Origin: Clostridia bacterium | GTDB taxonomy: Bacteria; Bacillota; Clostridia; Oscillospirales; CAG-272 | Direction: 5' to 3' | NCBI GenBank assembly: GCA_017463865.1 | Contig: JAFTOI010000019.1 | Span: 10,117 to 74,116 of the forward strand | Length of the DNA: 64,000 nt | In this document: one piece after another, positions 47,688-56,071 of the stretch | How positions within the stretch are numbered: position 1 is the stretch's first letter | Layout of the letters: each line of letters begins with the position of its first letter | Made by a program: the position numbers and the translations under genes | Notes under the pieces: model-generated | Told to the model about the DNA's origin: nothing | Databases searched by the model: none | Seen by the model: only the letters and a program-made list of their open reading frames with translations

Positions 47688-48935
47688 TTATTCGTTCGGT
47701 TTGGTTTCGGTGACGGTGGCCGTGGCGGCGCCGTCAGTGAGGCGGAGGGTGATAGTATCGCCGGGCGACAGCTGTTCGGCGCGGCTGACCACCCTTCCCG
47801 CGCCGTCAAAGACGGCGGAATAGCCGCGCGTCAGGATGGCGAGGGGGTTGAGGGCATCGAGCTTGCCGGCGGCCTGCACCAGATTGTGCCGGCGGGCGGC
47901 GAGGTCGGTCTGCATGGCGCGGTCGAGCTTTTCGCCGAGGTAGACGAGGCTCATGCGGCGGTCGTCGAGCATGGCGGCGGGGTTGGTCATGGGGCGGGAG
48001 GCGGCGAGGTAGCGCAGCGCCTGCCGCTTCTGCGTGATCTGCCGCGAAAGCAGCAGATCCATGCGGCCGACGATGTTGTTGATCTTGCGCTGAAGCTCGG
48101 CAGTTTCGGGGACGGCCAGCTCGGCGGCGGCTGAGGGTGTCGGCGCGCGGCGGTCGGCGACGAAGTCGCAGATGGTGAAGTCGGTCTCGTGGCCGACGGC
48201 TGAGATGACGGGCAGCGCCGACGCCGCAACGGTTCGGGCGAGCCCCTCATCGTTGAAGGCCCACAAGTCCTCGATCGAGCCGCCGCCGCGGCCGATGATG
48301 ATCACATCGACATTGCGTGCACGGTTGAAGTGCTGAATGCCCGCGATCAGCTGAGGCGGGGCGTCATTGCCCTGCACCAGCGCGGGATAGAGGATGATTT
48401 TCGCATAGGGGAAGCGGCGGCCGAGAATATTGATCATGTCGCGGATGGCCGCACCGGTCGGCGAGGTGATGATGCCGATACGGGTGGGAATCTTGGGCAG
48501 CGGCTTCTTGCGGGCCTCGGCGAAGAGCCCCTCGGCCTCGAGCTTCTTTTTGAGCTGCTCAAAGGCGAAGTAGAGCGAACCGATGCCGTCGGGCTCCATG
48601 CCGTCGGCGTAGAGCTGATAGGCGCCATCGCGGACGAAGGACGAGATGCGGCCGTGGCAGACCACCTTCATGCCGTTCTCGGGGATGAAGGGGAGCTTGG
48701 CGGCACTGCCGCGGAACATCACGGCCTTGAGCAGGCTGCCCTCGTCCTTGAGGGTGAAGTAGAAGTGGCCGGTTTTATAGTGGTTGGTGAAGTTGGAAAT
48801 CTCGCCCTTGATGTAGACATTGGCGAGGAAATCGGTGCCGTCGATGAGGGTCTTGATGCAGTTGTTGAGCTGCGTGACCGTCATCACGCGGCGATCGTCG
48901 TGCGCCTCGGGCTGAGGGATGAGGGTCTCGTTCAT
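47688..48935 (-). CDS. xseA: Exodeoxyribonuclease VII large subunit
   Basis: 415 aa with an N-terminal OB fold ([10 protein letters not shown]...[13 protein letters not shown]) and a catalytic core IGRGGGS. Confidence 0.9.
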   Translation of the reverse strand: MNETLIPQPEAHDDRRVMTVTQLNNCIKTLIDGTDFLANVYIKGEISNFTNHYKTGHFYFTLKDEGSLLKAVMFRGSAAKLPFIPENGMKVVCHGRISSFVRDGAYQLYADGMEPDGIGSLYFAFEQLKKKLEAEGLFAEARKKPLPKIPTRIGIITSPTGAAIRDMINILGRRFPYAKIILYPALVQGNDAPPQLIAGIQHFNRARNVDVIIIGRGGGSIEDLWAFNDEGLARTVAASALPVISAVGHETDFTICDFVADRRAPTPSAAAELAVPETAELQRKINNIVGRMDLLLSRQITQKRQALRYLAASRPMTNPAAMLDDRRMSLVYLGEKLDRAMQTDLAARRHNLVQAAGKLDALNPLAILTRGYSAVFDGAGRVVSRAEQLSPGDTITLRLTDGAATATVTETKPNE

Positions 48936-49882
48936 GCGTCAGCACCTCCTGCGGCGCGCCAGCCGAGCAGCGCCACGCCGGCTGCATTGTCGGCCGAGAA
49001 GGCCGGCTCCGCGAAATAGGCTGGCCCGGGCTTGGCCAAGCGGGACTGGAGCATGCGGTTGCTCATGACGCCGCCGGCAAAAACGATGGGAATGTTGGGA
49101 TATTTCGCCCGGACATCGTCGCGCATCGCTTCGAGGGTGCGGGCGATGAACTCCATCACAAAAGCGGCAGTAAGGGCACGGTCGCCCGTCTTTTTGAGCA
49201 GCTGTGCGGCCATATTCTCGCCGCCCGAGAGGTTGCAGCGGCATTCGCTGACGCTGACGCGGGGGCGCGGGACGGCCTTGCGGTCGGCCTCGGCGGCCAG
49301 CCGCTCGAGGGCGGGGCCGCAGGGGAAACGCAGGCCGAGGGTGACGCCGACGCGGTCGATGAGCTGGCCGGCGTTGAGGTCAGCCGTCTCGCCGACGAGG
49401 GTGACGGCGAAGCTGTTCCCTTTTGGCTCGACATAAAGCACTTCGGTGGTGCCGCCCGACACATGGAAGGCGGCGAAGGGCGAACCGATGAGATGCTCTG
49501 CCCCCGCCGAATAGAGGGCGGCCATGATGTGCCCGTTCTGGTGGGACACGGGGATCATCTCCACGCCACAGGCGGCGCAGAGCGCCGATGCGACAGCCTG
49601 TCCGGCGAGGAAGCAGGGCATGTAGGAGCCTTCTTCATCGCGCGGGGTGGTCGAGCAGGCGACGGCACGCACTTCATGCCCGCGCAGGATGGGCGCAAGT
49701 TCCGCCATCAGCGACGGAAAGTTTTTGACGTGGGCGAAAACGGCGTCGCTCTGCCGCAGGCCGCGCTCGCCCTCGCGGACGGGCAGCGGGCGCTTGAGAT
49801 TGGCAATGATCTTCCCCTCGGCGCAGACGGCGACCGAGGTGGTGTAGTTGCTCGAATCGACGCCGAGCCAGAGTACGCTCAT
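48932..49882 (-). CDS. Kae1/TsaD-like (glycoprotease/ASKHA fold) protein, short paralogue
   Basis: 316 aa with an N-terminus LGVDSSNYTTSVAV and an H-x2-G-H motif (SHQNGHIMAA) as in TsaD. It has 4-nt overlaps with both neighbours. Confidence 0.65.
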   Translation of the reverse strand: MSVLWLGVDSSNYTTSVAVCAEGKIIANLKRPLPVREGERGLRQSDAVFAHVKNFPSLMAELAPILRGHEVRAVACSTTPRDEEGSYMPCFLAGQAVASALCAACGVEMIPVSHQNGHIMAALYSAGAEHLIGSPFAAFHVSGGTTEVLYVEPKGNSFAVTLVGETADLNAGQLIDRVGVTLGLRFPCGPALERLAAEADRKAVPRPRVSVSECRCNLSGGENMAAQLLKKTGDRALTAAFVMEFIARTLEAMRDDVRAKYPNIPIVFAGGVMSNRMLQSRLAKPGPAYFAEPAFSADNAAGVALLGWRAAGGADA

Positions 49883-50295
49883 TCTGCCGCGCCGCCGATC
49901 TCTTTGGCGATGGCGTTGAGGATACCGTTGACAAAGCCAGGGGCGCGATCGCCCTCGTAGCGCTTGGACAACTCGACCGCCTCATTGATGACGACATTGT
50001 GCGGGATCTCGGGCATATAGGTCAACTCGTAGGCCGCAAGGCGCAGGATAGTGCGCGAGATGCGGGACATGCGCTCTGGCTTCCAAGAGCCCGAATGGGC
50101 GGCGATTTTTTTGTCAAGCGCGTCGCGGTTGGCGCAGACGCCGTTGTAGGCGGCGGTGATGTAGGCGTCCTCTTCGACGGCGATCTCGCGGTTCTCGACC
50201 GAGACGGCGAAGACGTCGTCCGGGTTCAGCTCGCGCTGAAATTCATATTCGTAAAGCAGGGTAAACACTGCGTCGCGTGCTTCTCTTCTGGTCAT
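49879..50295 (-). CDS. nusB: Transcription antitermination factor NusB
   Basis: 138 aa, MTRREARDAVFTLLYE... The C-terminal motif is INEAVELSKRY...FVNGILN. Confidence 0.9.
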   Translation of the reverse strand: MTRREARDAVFTLLYEYEFQRELNPDDVFAVSVENREIAVEEDAYITAAYNGVCANRDALDKKIAAHSGSWKPERMSRISRTILRLAAYELTYMPEIPHNVVINEAVELSKRYEGDRAPGFVNGILNAIAKEIGGAAE

Positions 50296-50367
50296 GGTGA
50301 TCCTTTCCCCTATCGGTGTTTAGTCAAGTCTTGGCTTCGGGTTTGCATAATTATCCATAATATATGT

Positions 50368-50396
50368 ATTATATCGCTTTTGCGCCGAAAAGTCAA
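50368..50396 (-). promoter_or_regulatory. Sigma-A promoter of the nusB...recN gene string
   Basis: On the minus strand: TTGACT (50396-50391), 17 nt, then TATAAT (50373-50368). Confidence 0.5.
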
Positions 50397-50462
50397 GGAA
50401 TCTGCAAATATTTTTGCGCATAGACTGAGGAAGACAACTTTCCACGAAAGGCGGCGATCATT

Positions 50463-51458
50463 TTGACGCGAAAGCTGCGCATGCTTGGCTTTCCTTTGCT
50501 GATCCTTCTCGCAGTTCTGCTCTTCACCCGAAGCGCTGACTCACTCCCGACCGCGGCATCGGGCGACTATATCAAATGGATCGATTTCGACGTCACATCG
50601 GCCGCACTGCGCGACGCGCTTGCCGCCGATATTGCCGCGCACGAGGCAGGCGGAACGCTCGACTGGGTCGACGCGCTGGCCTGGCTCGCCTCCCGCAACG
50701 GGGGCAATTTTTCGGGCTATAAAAAAGCCGACCTCGAAAAGCTGCTGGAGCTGATCGCTGACGGCTCGAGTGTAGCGGCGCACGTCAAAAACGAGAAGCT
50801 GTACAACTATTACCTCGAGGCCTACGGCGCGGTGCTGGGCGGGATGGTGGGCGAGTACACCGAATGGAAGCGTGGCGAGGACGGCACACTCACGTCGGAA
50901 GCCAAATACGGCCTGCGCGTCTTCTCCCCCATTGCGCGGGGCTATTCGTTCAGCCATTACGACGACTTCGGCGCGTCCCGCTCCTACGGCTATCGCCGCT
51001 CCCACCTCGGCCACGACCTGATGGGCAGCGTTGGAACGCCGATCGTCGCCGTCGAGAGCGGCTATGTCGAGGCGTGCGGCTGGAACCAGTACGGCGGCTG
51101 GCGGGTGGGCATTCGCTCCTTCGACGGCAAACGCTACTATTATTATGCGCATTTGCGGCGCAACCACCCCTTCAACGATATCTACGAGGGCAAGATCGTC
51201 AACGCGGGCGAGGTCATCGGCTACCTCGGCATGACCGGCTACAGCGCCAAAGAGAACGTCAACAACATCGACACGCCCCACCTGCACTACGGCCTGCAGA
51301 TCATCTTCGATCCGTCCCAGAAGGACGGAACAAACCAGATCTGGATCGACATGTACGCCCTGACCGCCTTCCTCGAGCAGAACCGCTCTGCCACCTATGC
51401 CGCTGACGGCGAGCGTTGTGCGGTGCGCTGGTACGAGTATCCCGAGACGCCCGATTGA
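50463..51458 (+). CDS. M23-family metallopeptidase
   Basis: HLGHDLMG...GTPIVAVESG...YYYAHL...PHLHYGLQI (HxxxD and HxH motifs), plus an N-terminal signal/TM. The start is TTG at 50463 or ATG at 50481. Confidence 0.85.
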   Translation: MTRKLRMLGFPLLILLAVLLFTRSADSLPTAASGDYIKWIDFDVTSAALRDALAADIAAHEAGGTLDWVDALAWLASRNGGNFSGYKKADLEKLLELIADGSSVAAHVKNEKLYNYYLEAYGAVLGGMVGEYTEWKRGEDGTLTSEAKYGLRVFSPIARGYSFSHYDDFGASRSYGYRRSHLGHDLMGSVGTPIVAVESGYVEACGWNQYGGWRVGIRSFDGKRYYYYAHLRRNHPFNDIYEGKIVNAGEVIGYLGMTGYSAKENVNNIDTPHLHYGLQIIFDPSQKDGTNQIWIDMYALTAFLEQNRSATYAADGERCAVRWYEYPETPD

Positions 51459-51563
51459 CCGAAATCGGCAGGATTTGCGAAAAAGTTACAGAATCGGCTT
51501 GCTTTTTGCGGGGATTTGTGGTATGGTAATGATGATTGATTTTACGACAGAAAGGATCCGCCC

Positions 51564-52004
51564 ATGAACCTCACCACCATCCGCCGCGTCCTTGACTCGG
51601 CATGCCGCATTTACGCCGTCTGCACCCTTCTGCTCTGCGCCGGACAGATGCTCTTTGCCGCCGAGGAGACGGTCATCTATCCGCTCAGCTTTTTCATGCT
51701 CTTCCCCTTCGCGCTCTGCTTCGCCGGGGCGAATCTGGTCTGGCGCTCCGCCTCCGTTTCGGCCGGCATGCGCTTTCTCGGGCATTTCGCGCTGCTGACG
51801 GCGGGGATCGTGCTCTTTGTCTTCCTGCCGGCCGGGGTATTTTCCTCGGGCAGCTCGGCGCTGGTGATGGTCTGCGTCTATCTGCTGCTCTATTTCCTCA
51901 TCATGCTGGCCATTGCCGCCGTCAAGTCGGCACAGCGCCGCCAAAAAGCCGAGCGGACAAGCAGCTACTCCGCCCAATATGCCGGCCTGCGTGACAAAAA
52001 ATAA
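51564..52004 (+). CDS. Hypothetical membrane protein (146 aa, 4 TM)
   Basis: RBS AAAGGA. It has four hydrophobic segments and a basic C-terminal tail. No family was recognised. Confidence 0.5.
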   Translation: MNLTTIRRVLDSACRIYAVCTLLLCAGQMLFAAEETVIYPLSFFMLFPFALCFAGANLVWRSASVSAGMRFLGHFALLTAGIVLFVFLPAGVFSSGSSALVMVCVYLLLYFLIMLAIAAVKSAQRRQKAERTSSYSAQYAGLRDKK

Positions 52005-52024
52005 CGCCTTGTGCGGATTTTGGC

Positions 52025-52053
52025 TTGTAATTTGCCGAAACTTGTGATATACT
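52025..52053 (+). promoter_or_regulatory. Sigma-A promoter of the SGNH-DUF4358 genes
   Basis: TTGTAA (52025-52030), 17 nt, then TATACT (52048-52053). Confidence 0.45.
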
Positions 52054-52099
52054 ATATTAGATACACAGTTTTCCATCAAGTAAAGAAGAGGTGAACGAC

Positions 52100-53059
52100 A
52101 TGAAAGAATACGATTCCTTTGACAATACATTGTTTATGAAGCTGATCTGCGTCATGGCGGCCATTGCGCTGGTCTGTGTGGTGGTTTTCGTCATCATCGG
52201 CGCCGTCGACAGCGGTACACAGACGCCAGAGGAGACCGACAACGGCTATGAGACCTATCTCTTCCCCGAGACTAACGCGCCCACAACGACCGCCGCACCC
52301 ACGGAGACTACCGCCGCGCCCGCCGACACCACGGCTGCACCCGACGACACGACCGTGGCTCACGCCGATACTACCACCGCGCCGGCCGAGACAACTGCCG
52401 CTGTCGGCTCGCTGACGCCCCTGCCGGCCAGCAGTGTTATCCTCGCCGAGACGACTGACATGAGCCAGAGCTATATCGACGAGATCATCTTCTTCGGCGA
52501 CTCGACCACCTACGGCATGGGCCCTTACGCTGTGCTGAAGGACGGCAAGCAGACTACGCAGGTCTGGACGCCGGTCAACGGCACGCTGACGCTGGATCAG
52601 GCCGTCAAGAAGAAGATCAAATACCCAGAGACAGGTGAGGAGATCACCGCCGCCGAGGCGGCCGCTGCCAAGCTGCCCAAGTATATGGTCATCACCCTCG
52701 GCGTCAACGGCGTTTCCTTTATGAATGAGGAGCAGTTCATCACCGAATACGTCAAGCTGGTGCAGTCGATCCAGGCCGCCAGCCCGAGCACCAAGATCAT
52801 GCTGCAGTCGATCTTCCCGGTGGCCTCCAATTATGAGAAGCTGGACGCCATCAACAATGAGAAGATCAGCCTTGCCAACACCTGGGTGCTCAAGGTGGCC
52901 GAGCAGTGCGGCGTGAAGTATCTCGATACTGCATCGGTGCTGCATGACACCGACGGCTGGCTCTTCGCCAGCTTCCAGAACGGCGACGGCATGCACTTCA
53001 ACGCCGACGGCTACAAGGTTGTGCTGGACTACATCCGCACGCACGGCTACGCCGAGTAA
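52100..53059 (+). CDS. SGNH/GDSL-family hydrolase, membrane-anchored with Thr/Ala-rich linker
   Basis: The ATG at 52100 has an RBS GAAGAGGTG. There is a TM anchor. Block I is IIFFGDSTTYG and block V is DGMHFNADGY. Confidence 0.75.
   Translation: MKEYDSFDNTLFMKLICVMAAIALVCVVVFVIIGAVDSGTQTPEETDNGYETYLFPETNAPTTTAAPTETTAAPADTTAAPDDTTVAHADTTTAPAETTAAVGSLTPLPASSVILAETTDMSQSYIDEIIFFGDSTTYGMGPYAVLKDGKQTTQVWTPVNGTLTLDQAVKKKIKYPETGEEITAAEAAAAKLPKYMVITLGVNGVSFMNEEQFITEYVKLVQSIQAASPSTKIMLQSIFPVASNYEKLDAINNEKISLANTWVLKVAEQCGVKYLDTASVLHDTDGWLFASFQNGDGMHFNADGYKVVLDYIRTHGYAE
52283..52411 (+). repeat. Six imperfect 21-24 nt tandem repeats encoding Thr/Ala-rich heptads
   Basis: They translate to TTTAAPTE / TTAAPAD / TTAAPDD / TTVAHAD / TTTAPAE / TTAAVGS inside the SGNH gene. 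Confidence 0.6.
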
Positions 53060-53071
53060 GGGAGGCACAGC

Positions 53072-53557
53072 ATGAAAGCTCTCACTTCCCTGCGCGCGCT
53101 GGCTGTTCTGCTGCTGGCCGCCCTTGCCCTTGCCGCCTGCGGTGGGGACAACTACAAAACCGATGTCCCGGTGGCTGACCTGCAGTCCGCGCTCGAGCCG
53201 CTGATCGAGCACGCTGACCATCTCGATACCGCCGACGCCGACTATCTTCGCTTCAATTTTGCCGGCACCGATGCGGCTGACGAGCGTCTCGTCCGTCTGC
53301 CGGTCAGCGGCACGACGCTGGATGAATACGGCATTTTCCGTGCGGCATCGGCTGATGGCACAGCCGCCCTTGCCGACGCCTGCGAAGCCTACCTCCAGAC
53401 CCGCAACGATGCCTGGCTTGGGCTTTACCTGGTCGAGGAATACCCCAAGCTGCGCGATGCCGAGGTCAAGGTCATCGGCAATTATGTGGTCTATCTGATC
53501 CTGTCCGAGGACGAAAAGGCCGCGGTCATCGAAAAAATCGAAGAAACCTTAAAATAA
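53072..53557 (+). CDS. DUF4358-like lipoprotein
   Basis: The signal peptide has a lipobox LALAACGG. 161 aa. The family assignment is from memory of the typical SGNH-adjacent lipoprotein. Confidence 0.55.
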   Translation: MKALTSLRALAVLLLAALALAACGGDNYKTDVPVADLQSALEPLIEHADHLDTADADYLRFNFAGTDAADERLVRLPVSGTTLDEYGIFRAASADGTAALADACEAYLQTRNDAWLGLYLVEEYPKLRDAEVKVIGNYVVYLILSEDEKAAVIEKIEETLK

Positions 53558-53564
53558 GCGCTGA

Positions 53565-53632
53565 CCTGTCATTCTGAGGCGAAGCCGAAAAATCTTGCAG
53601 AAAGATCCTTCGCTACGCTCAGGATGACAGGC
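53565..53632. repeat. Long imperfect palindrome (REP-like element / terminator hairpin)
   Basis: The arms CCTGTCATTCTGAGGCGAAGCCGAAAAATCTT and AAAGATCCTTCGCTACGCTCAGGATGACAGG pair at about 26 of 31 positions around a GCAG loop. Confidence 0.6.
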
Positions 53633-53669
53633 CTTTTGCGTCATATGCTAAAGGATAAAGGAGAAAACC

Positions 53670-54767
53670 ATGTTTCCCGAAACCGATCTCTGGCAATATC
53701 TCGCCTCGCCTGCCTGTGCCGGGCGGCCCATCCTGCTCTACGGCATGGGCAACGGCGGCGACAAGGTGCACGCTGTCTGCGCTGAGCGCGGCATTCCGAT
53801 CGCCGACTGCTTCGCCAGCGATGAATTTGTGCGCGGGCAGCTCTTCCACGGGCGGCGGGTGCTCAGCTACGCCGAGGCAAAGGCAACCTACGGCAGCTTC
53901 ATCGTGCTGGTGTCCTTCGCGACCGCGCGGCCGGAGGTGCTCTCGCGCATCGACGCCATCGCCGCCGAGCAGGAGCTGTATGTGCCCGATCTGCCAGCCT
54001 ATGGCGAGACGCTGTTCGATGCCGGTTTTGCCGCGGCAAACGCGGCCGGGCTGGCCGAGACCCGCGCCATGCTCGCGGATGAGGCCTCGCGGCACTGCTT
54101 CGACGAGGTCGTCGCGGCCAAGCTGAGCGGCGAACTGTGCCATCTCAAGGCCAGCGAATCGTCGCCCGACGAGGCGTGGACGGCAATCCTGCATCCGGCG
54201 CGCTATCACTGCACGGCTGACCTCGGCGCCTACACCGGCGATACCATCCGCGCGCTGATGGGATACGCTCCTGCCCTGCGCGAAGTCTGGGCGATGGAGC
54301 CAGACCGGCGTTCCTATGCCAAGCTGACGGCGTGGGGAGAAAGCGAACCCCGCCTCGAGCTGCACGCGGTACAGGCCGGTGCGTGGTCGGGGCGGGGCGA
54401 GATGTATTCCTCTGATGCGGGCGGGCGCGGATCGTCGCTGGCGGCCAAGGGCAAGCCGGTGGCAGTCGAGGCGCTGGACGGCCTGGTGGGCAGCGCGCAG
54501 ATCGACTACATCAAATACGATGTCGAGGGTGCAGAATACGAGGCACTGCTGGGGTCTGCACAGACTATCGCGCGCTGCCGGCCCGAGCTGCTGGTGTCGC
54601 TCTACCACCGCGGCGAGGATCTGGTACGGCTGCCCGCACTGCTGCGCGAGCTCTGCTCCGGCTATCGCTTCTATCTGCGGCGGATGGCAGGCATCCCGGC
54701 GTGGGATATCAATCTTTACGCGATCCCCGAGCGATCGGAGCCAGCAGGGGTGTCGTACAGCTCCTGA
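53670..54767 (+). CDS. FkbM-family methyltransferase
   Basis: 365 aa with GAYTGDT, AMEPD and IDYIKYDVEGAEYEAL motifs typical of FkbM-type SAM methyltransferases. Confidence 0.75.
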   Translation: MFPETDLWQYLASPACAGRPILLYGMGNGGDKVHAVCAERGIPIADCFASDEFVRGQLFHGRRVLSYAEAKATYGSFIVLVSFATARPEVLSRIDAIAAEQELYVPDLPAYGETLFDAGFAAANAAGLAETRAMLADEASRHCFDEVVAAKLSGELCHLKASESSPDEAWTAILHPARYHCTADLGAYTGDTIRALMGYAPALREVWAMEPDRRSYAKLTAWGESEPRLELHAVQAGAWSGRGEMYSSDAGGRGSSLAAKGKPVAVEALDGLVGSAQIDYIKYDVEGAEYEALLGSAQTIARCRPELLVSLYHRGEDLVRLPALLRELCSGYRFYLRRMAGIPAWDINLYAIPERSEPAGVSYSS

Positions 54768-55423
54768 TTGATGGCCTGCATCTCGACATCGACCTCGGCG
54801 ATGGCTTCGGCACAGATCTGCAGGCGGCGGCGCAGGTCCTCCGAGACCTCGAGGTCGTTTTTATAGCGCAGCTTGTGCTCGAGGCTGGCCCAGAAGTCCA
54901 TGGCAATGGTACGGATCTGCACCTCCACGGTGACATTGACCGAGCCCTCGGCCAGAAAGATGGGCACCTCGACCACCAGGTGCAGACTGCGGTAGCCGTT
55001 TTCCTTGGGCTGCTTGATGTAATCGCGGCGGCTGATGATGCGGACGTCGCTCTGCCCGGTCAGCAGCTCCTCGATGCGGTAGACGTCGTCGATGTAGTTA
55101 CAGATGACCCGCACGCCGGCGACATCGAAGATGTTCTTGCGGATTGCGTTGAGCGAGACGGGCAGGTTCTTGCGCTGCAGTTTCTCCAGGATGCTGCGCG
55201 GGGTTTTGAGACGGGATTCGACGTGGTGGATGGGGTTATATTCGTAGCGTGTGCTGAACTCAGTGTCGAGGATCTCGAGCTTGGTGGTAATCTCCTTGAT
55301 CCCGGCGTTGTAGCGCTGCATCTGGATGGCGTATTCGCGGAGGTTGTCGCGGGTGCTGCTGTTTTCGAGCAGACGCGCGAGGTCGGTGTCGTGGTTGGAG
55401 AAGGCGGAATCGGGCTTATACAT
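54716..55423 (-). CDS. Small alarmone synthetase (RelQ/RelP-type GTP pyrophosphokinase)
   Basis: The RelA_SpoT domain shows DVAGVRVICNY, GYRSLHLVV and EVQIRTIAMDFWASLEHK. The start MYKPDS at 55423 has an AAAGGAA SD. The track ORF is over-extended. Confidence 0.85.
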   Translation of the reverse strand: MYKPDSAFSNHDTDLARLLENSSTRDNLREYAIQMQRYNAGIKEITTKLEILDTEFSTRYEYNPIHHVESRLKTPRSILEKLQRKNLPVSLNAIRKNIFDVAGVRVICNYIDDVYRIEELLTGQSDVRIISRRDYIKQPKENGYRSLHLVVEVPIFLAEGSVNVTVEVQIRTIAMDFWASLEHKLRYKNDLEVSEDLRRRLQICAEAIAEVDVEMQAINQELYDTPAGSDRSGIA

Positions 55424-55549
55424 GCTGCTGTTCCTTTCTTCGCCGTGCGGCGAGCTTCGGTATATACAGTATACAGGACGAAGATTAACGTGGTTTGAAC
55501 AAACTGCGCGATTCGGCGGTATTTTTTGAAAATCATTCGACAAAATGTG

Positions 55550-55573
55550 AAAGGCACACCGGGCGGTGTGCCT
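55550..55573. terminator. GC-rich hairpin terminator downstream of the NUDIX gene
   Basis: AAGGCACACCG / CGGTGTGCCTT stem with T-rich flanks on both strands. Confidence 0.6.
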
Positions 55574-55585
55574 TTTTCGATTGTT

Positions 55586-56062
55586 TCAGACAGCGATGGA
55601 GATTGGCATACCGCCCAGCACCGCCTCGGTCAGCGTCTCGTCCCGGTAGACCAGCTTCAGCGAGAAGAAGGGGGCTTCCTCGGCCAAGAGGCGCAGGAAG
55701 ATCTTGTCGCCCGGCCAGATGGGGAGCGATGTGACATCCGCCTTGCGGACCCACGCGAGGTCGCCCTCGTCGCAGTCGGAGAGGTCGCCCGTCCAGGCGT
55801 CGGCGGTGAAGAGGTGCATATACTCGGTACCCCAGACATTCGAGACAAAGGTGACGATGCCGCGATAGCGGTATCGGGTGAGGGTCAGCCCGGTCTCTTC
55901 GCGCACCTCGCGCAGGACGCAGTCCTCGGGGCTCTCGCCCTCCTCGAACTTGCCGCCGATGCCGATCCATTTGTCCTTGTTCTCATCGACCGTCTTCTTG
56001 ACGCGGTGGAGCATCAGGTAGCGCTCGCCGTCTTCGATGTAGCAGAGGGTGGTGTTCTTCAC
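55586..56062 (-). CDS. NUDIX hydrolase (MutT/8-oxo-dGTP diphosphatase-like)
   Basis: Nudix box GGKFEEGESPEDCVLREVREETGL. Confidence 0.8.
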   Translation of the reverse strand: MKNTTLCYIEDGERYLMLHRVKKTVDENKDKWIGIGGKFEEGESPEDCVLREVREETGLTLTRYRYRGIVTFVSNVWGTEYMHLFTADAWTGDLSDCDEGDLAWVRKADVTSLPIWPGDKIFLRLLAEEAPFFSLKLVYRDETLTEAVLGGMPISIAV

Positions 56063-56071
56063 GGCGGCACC

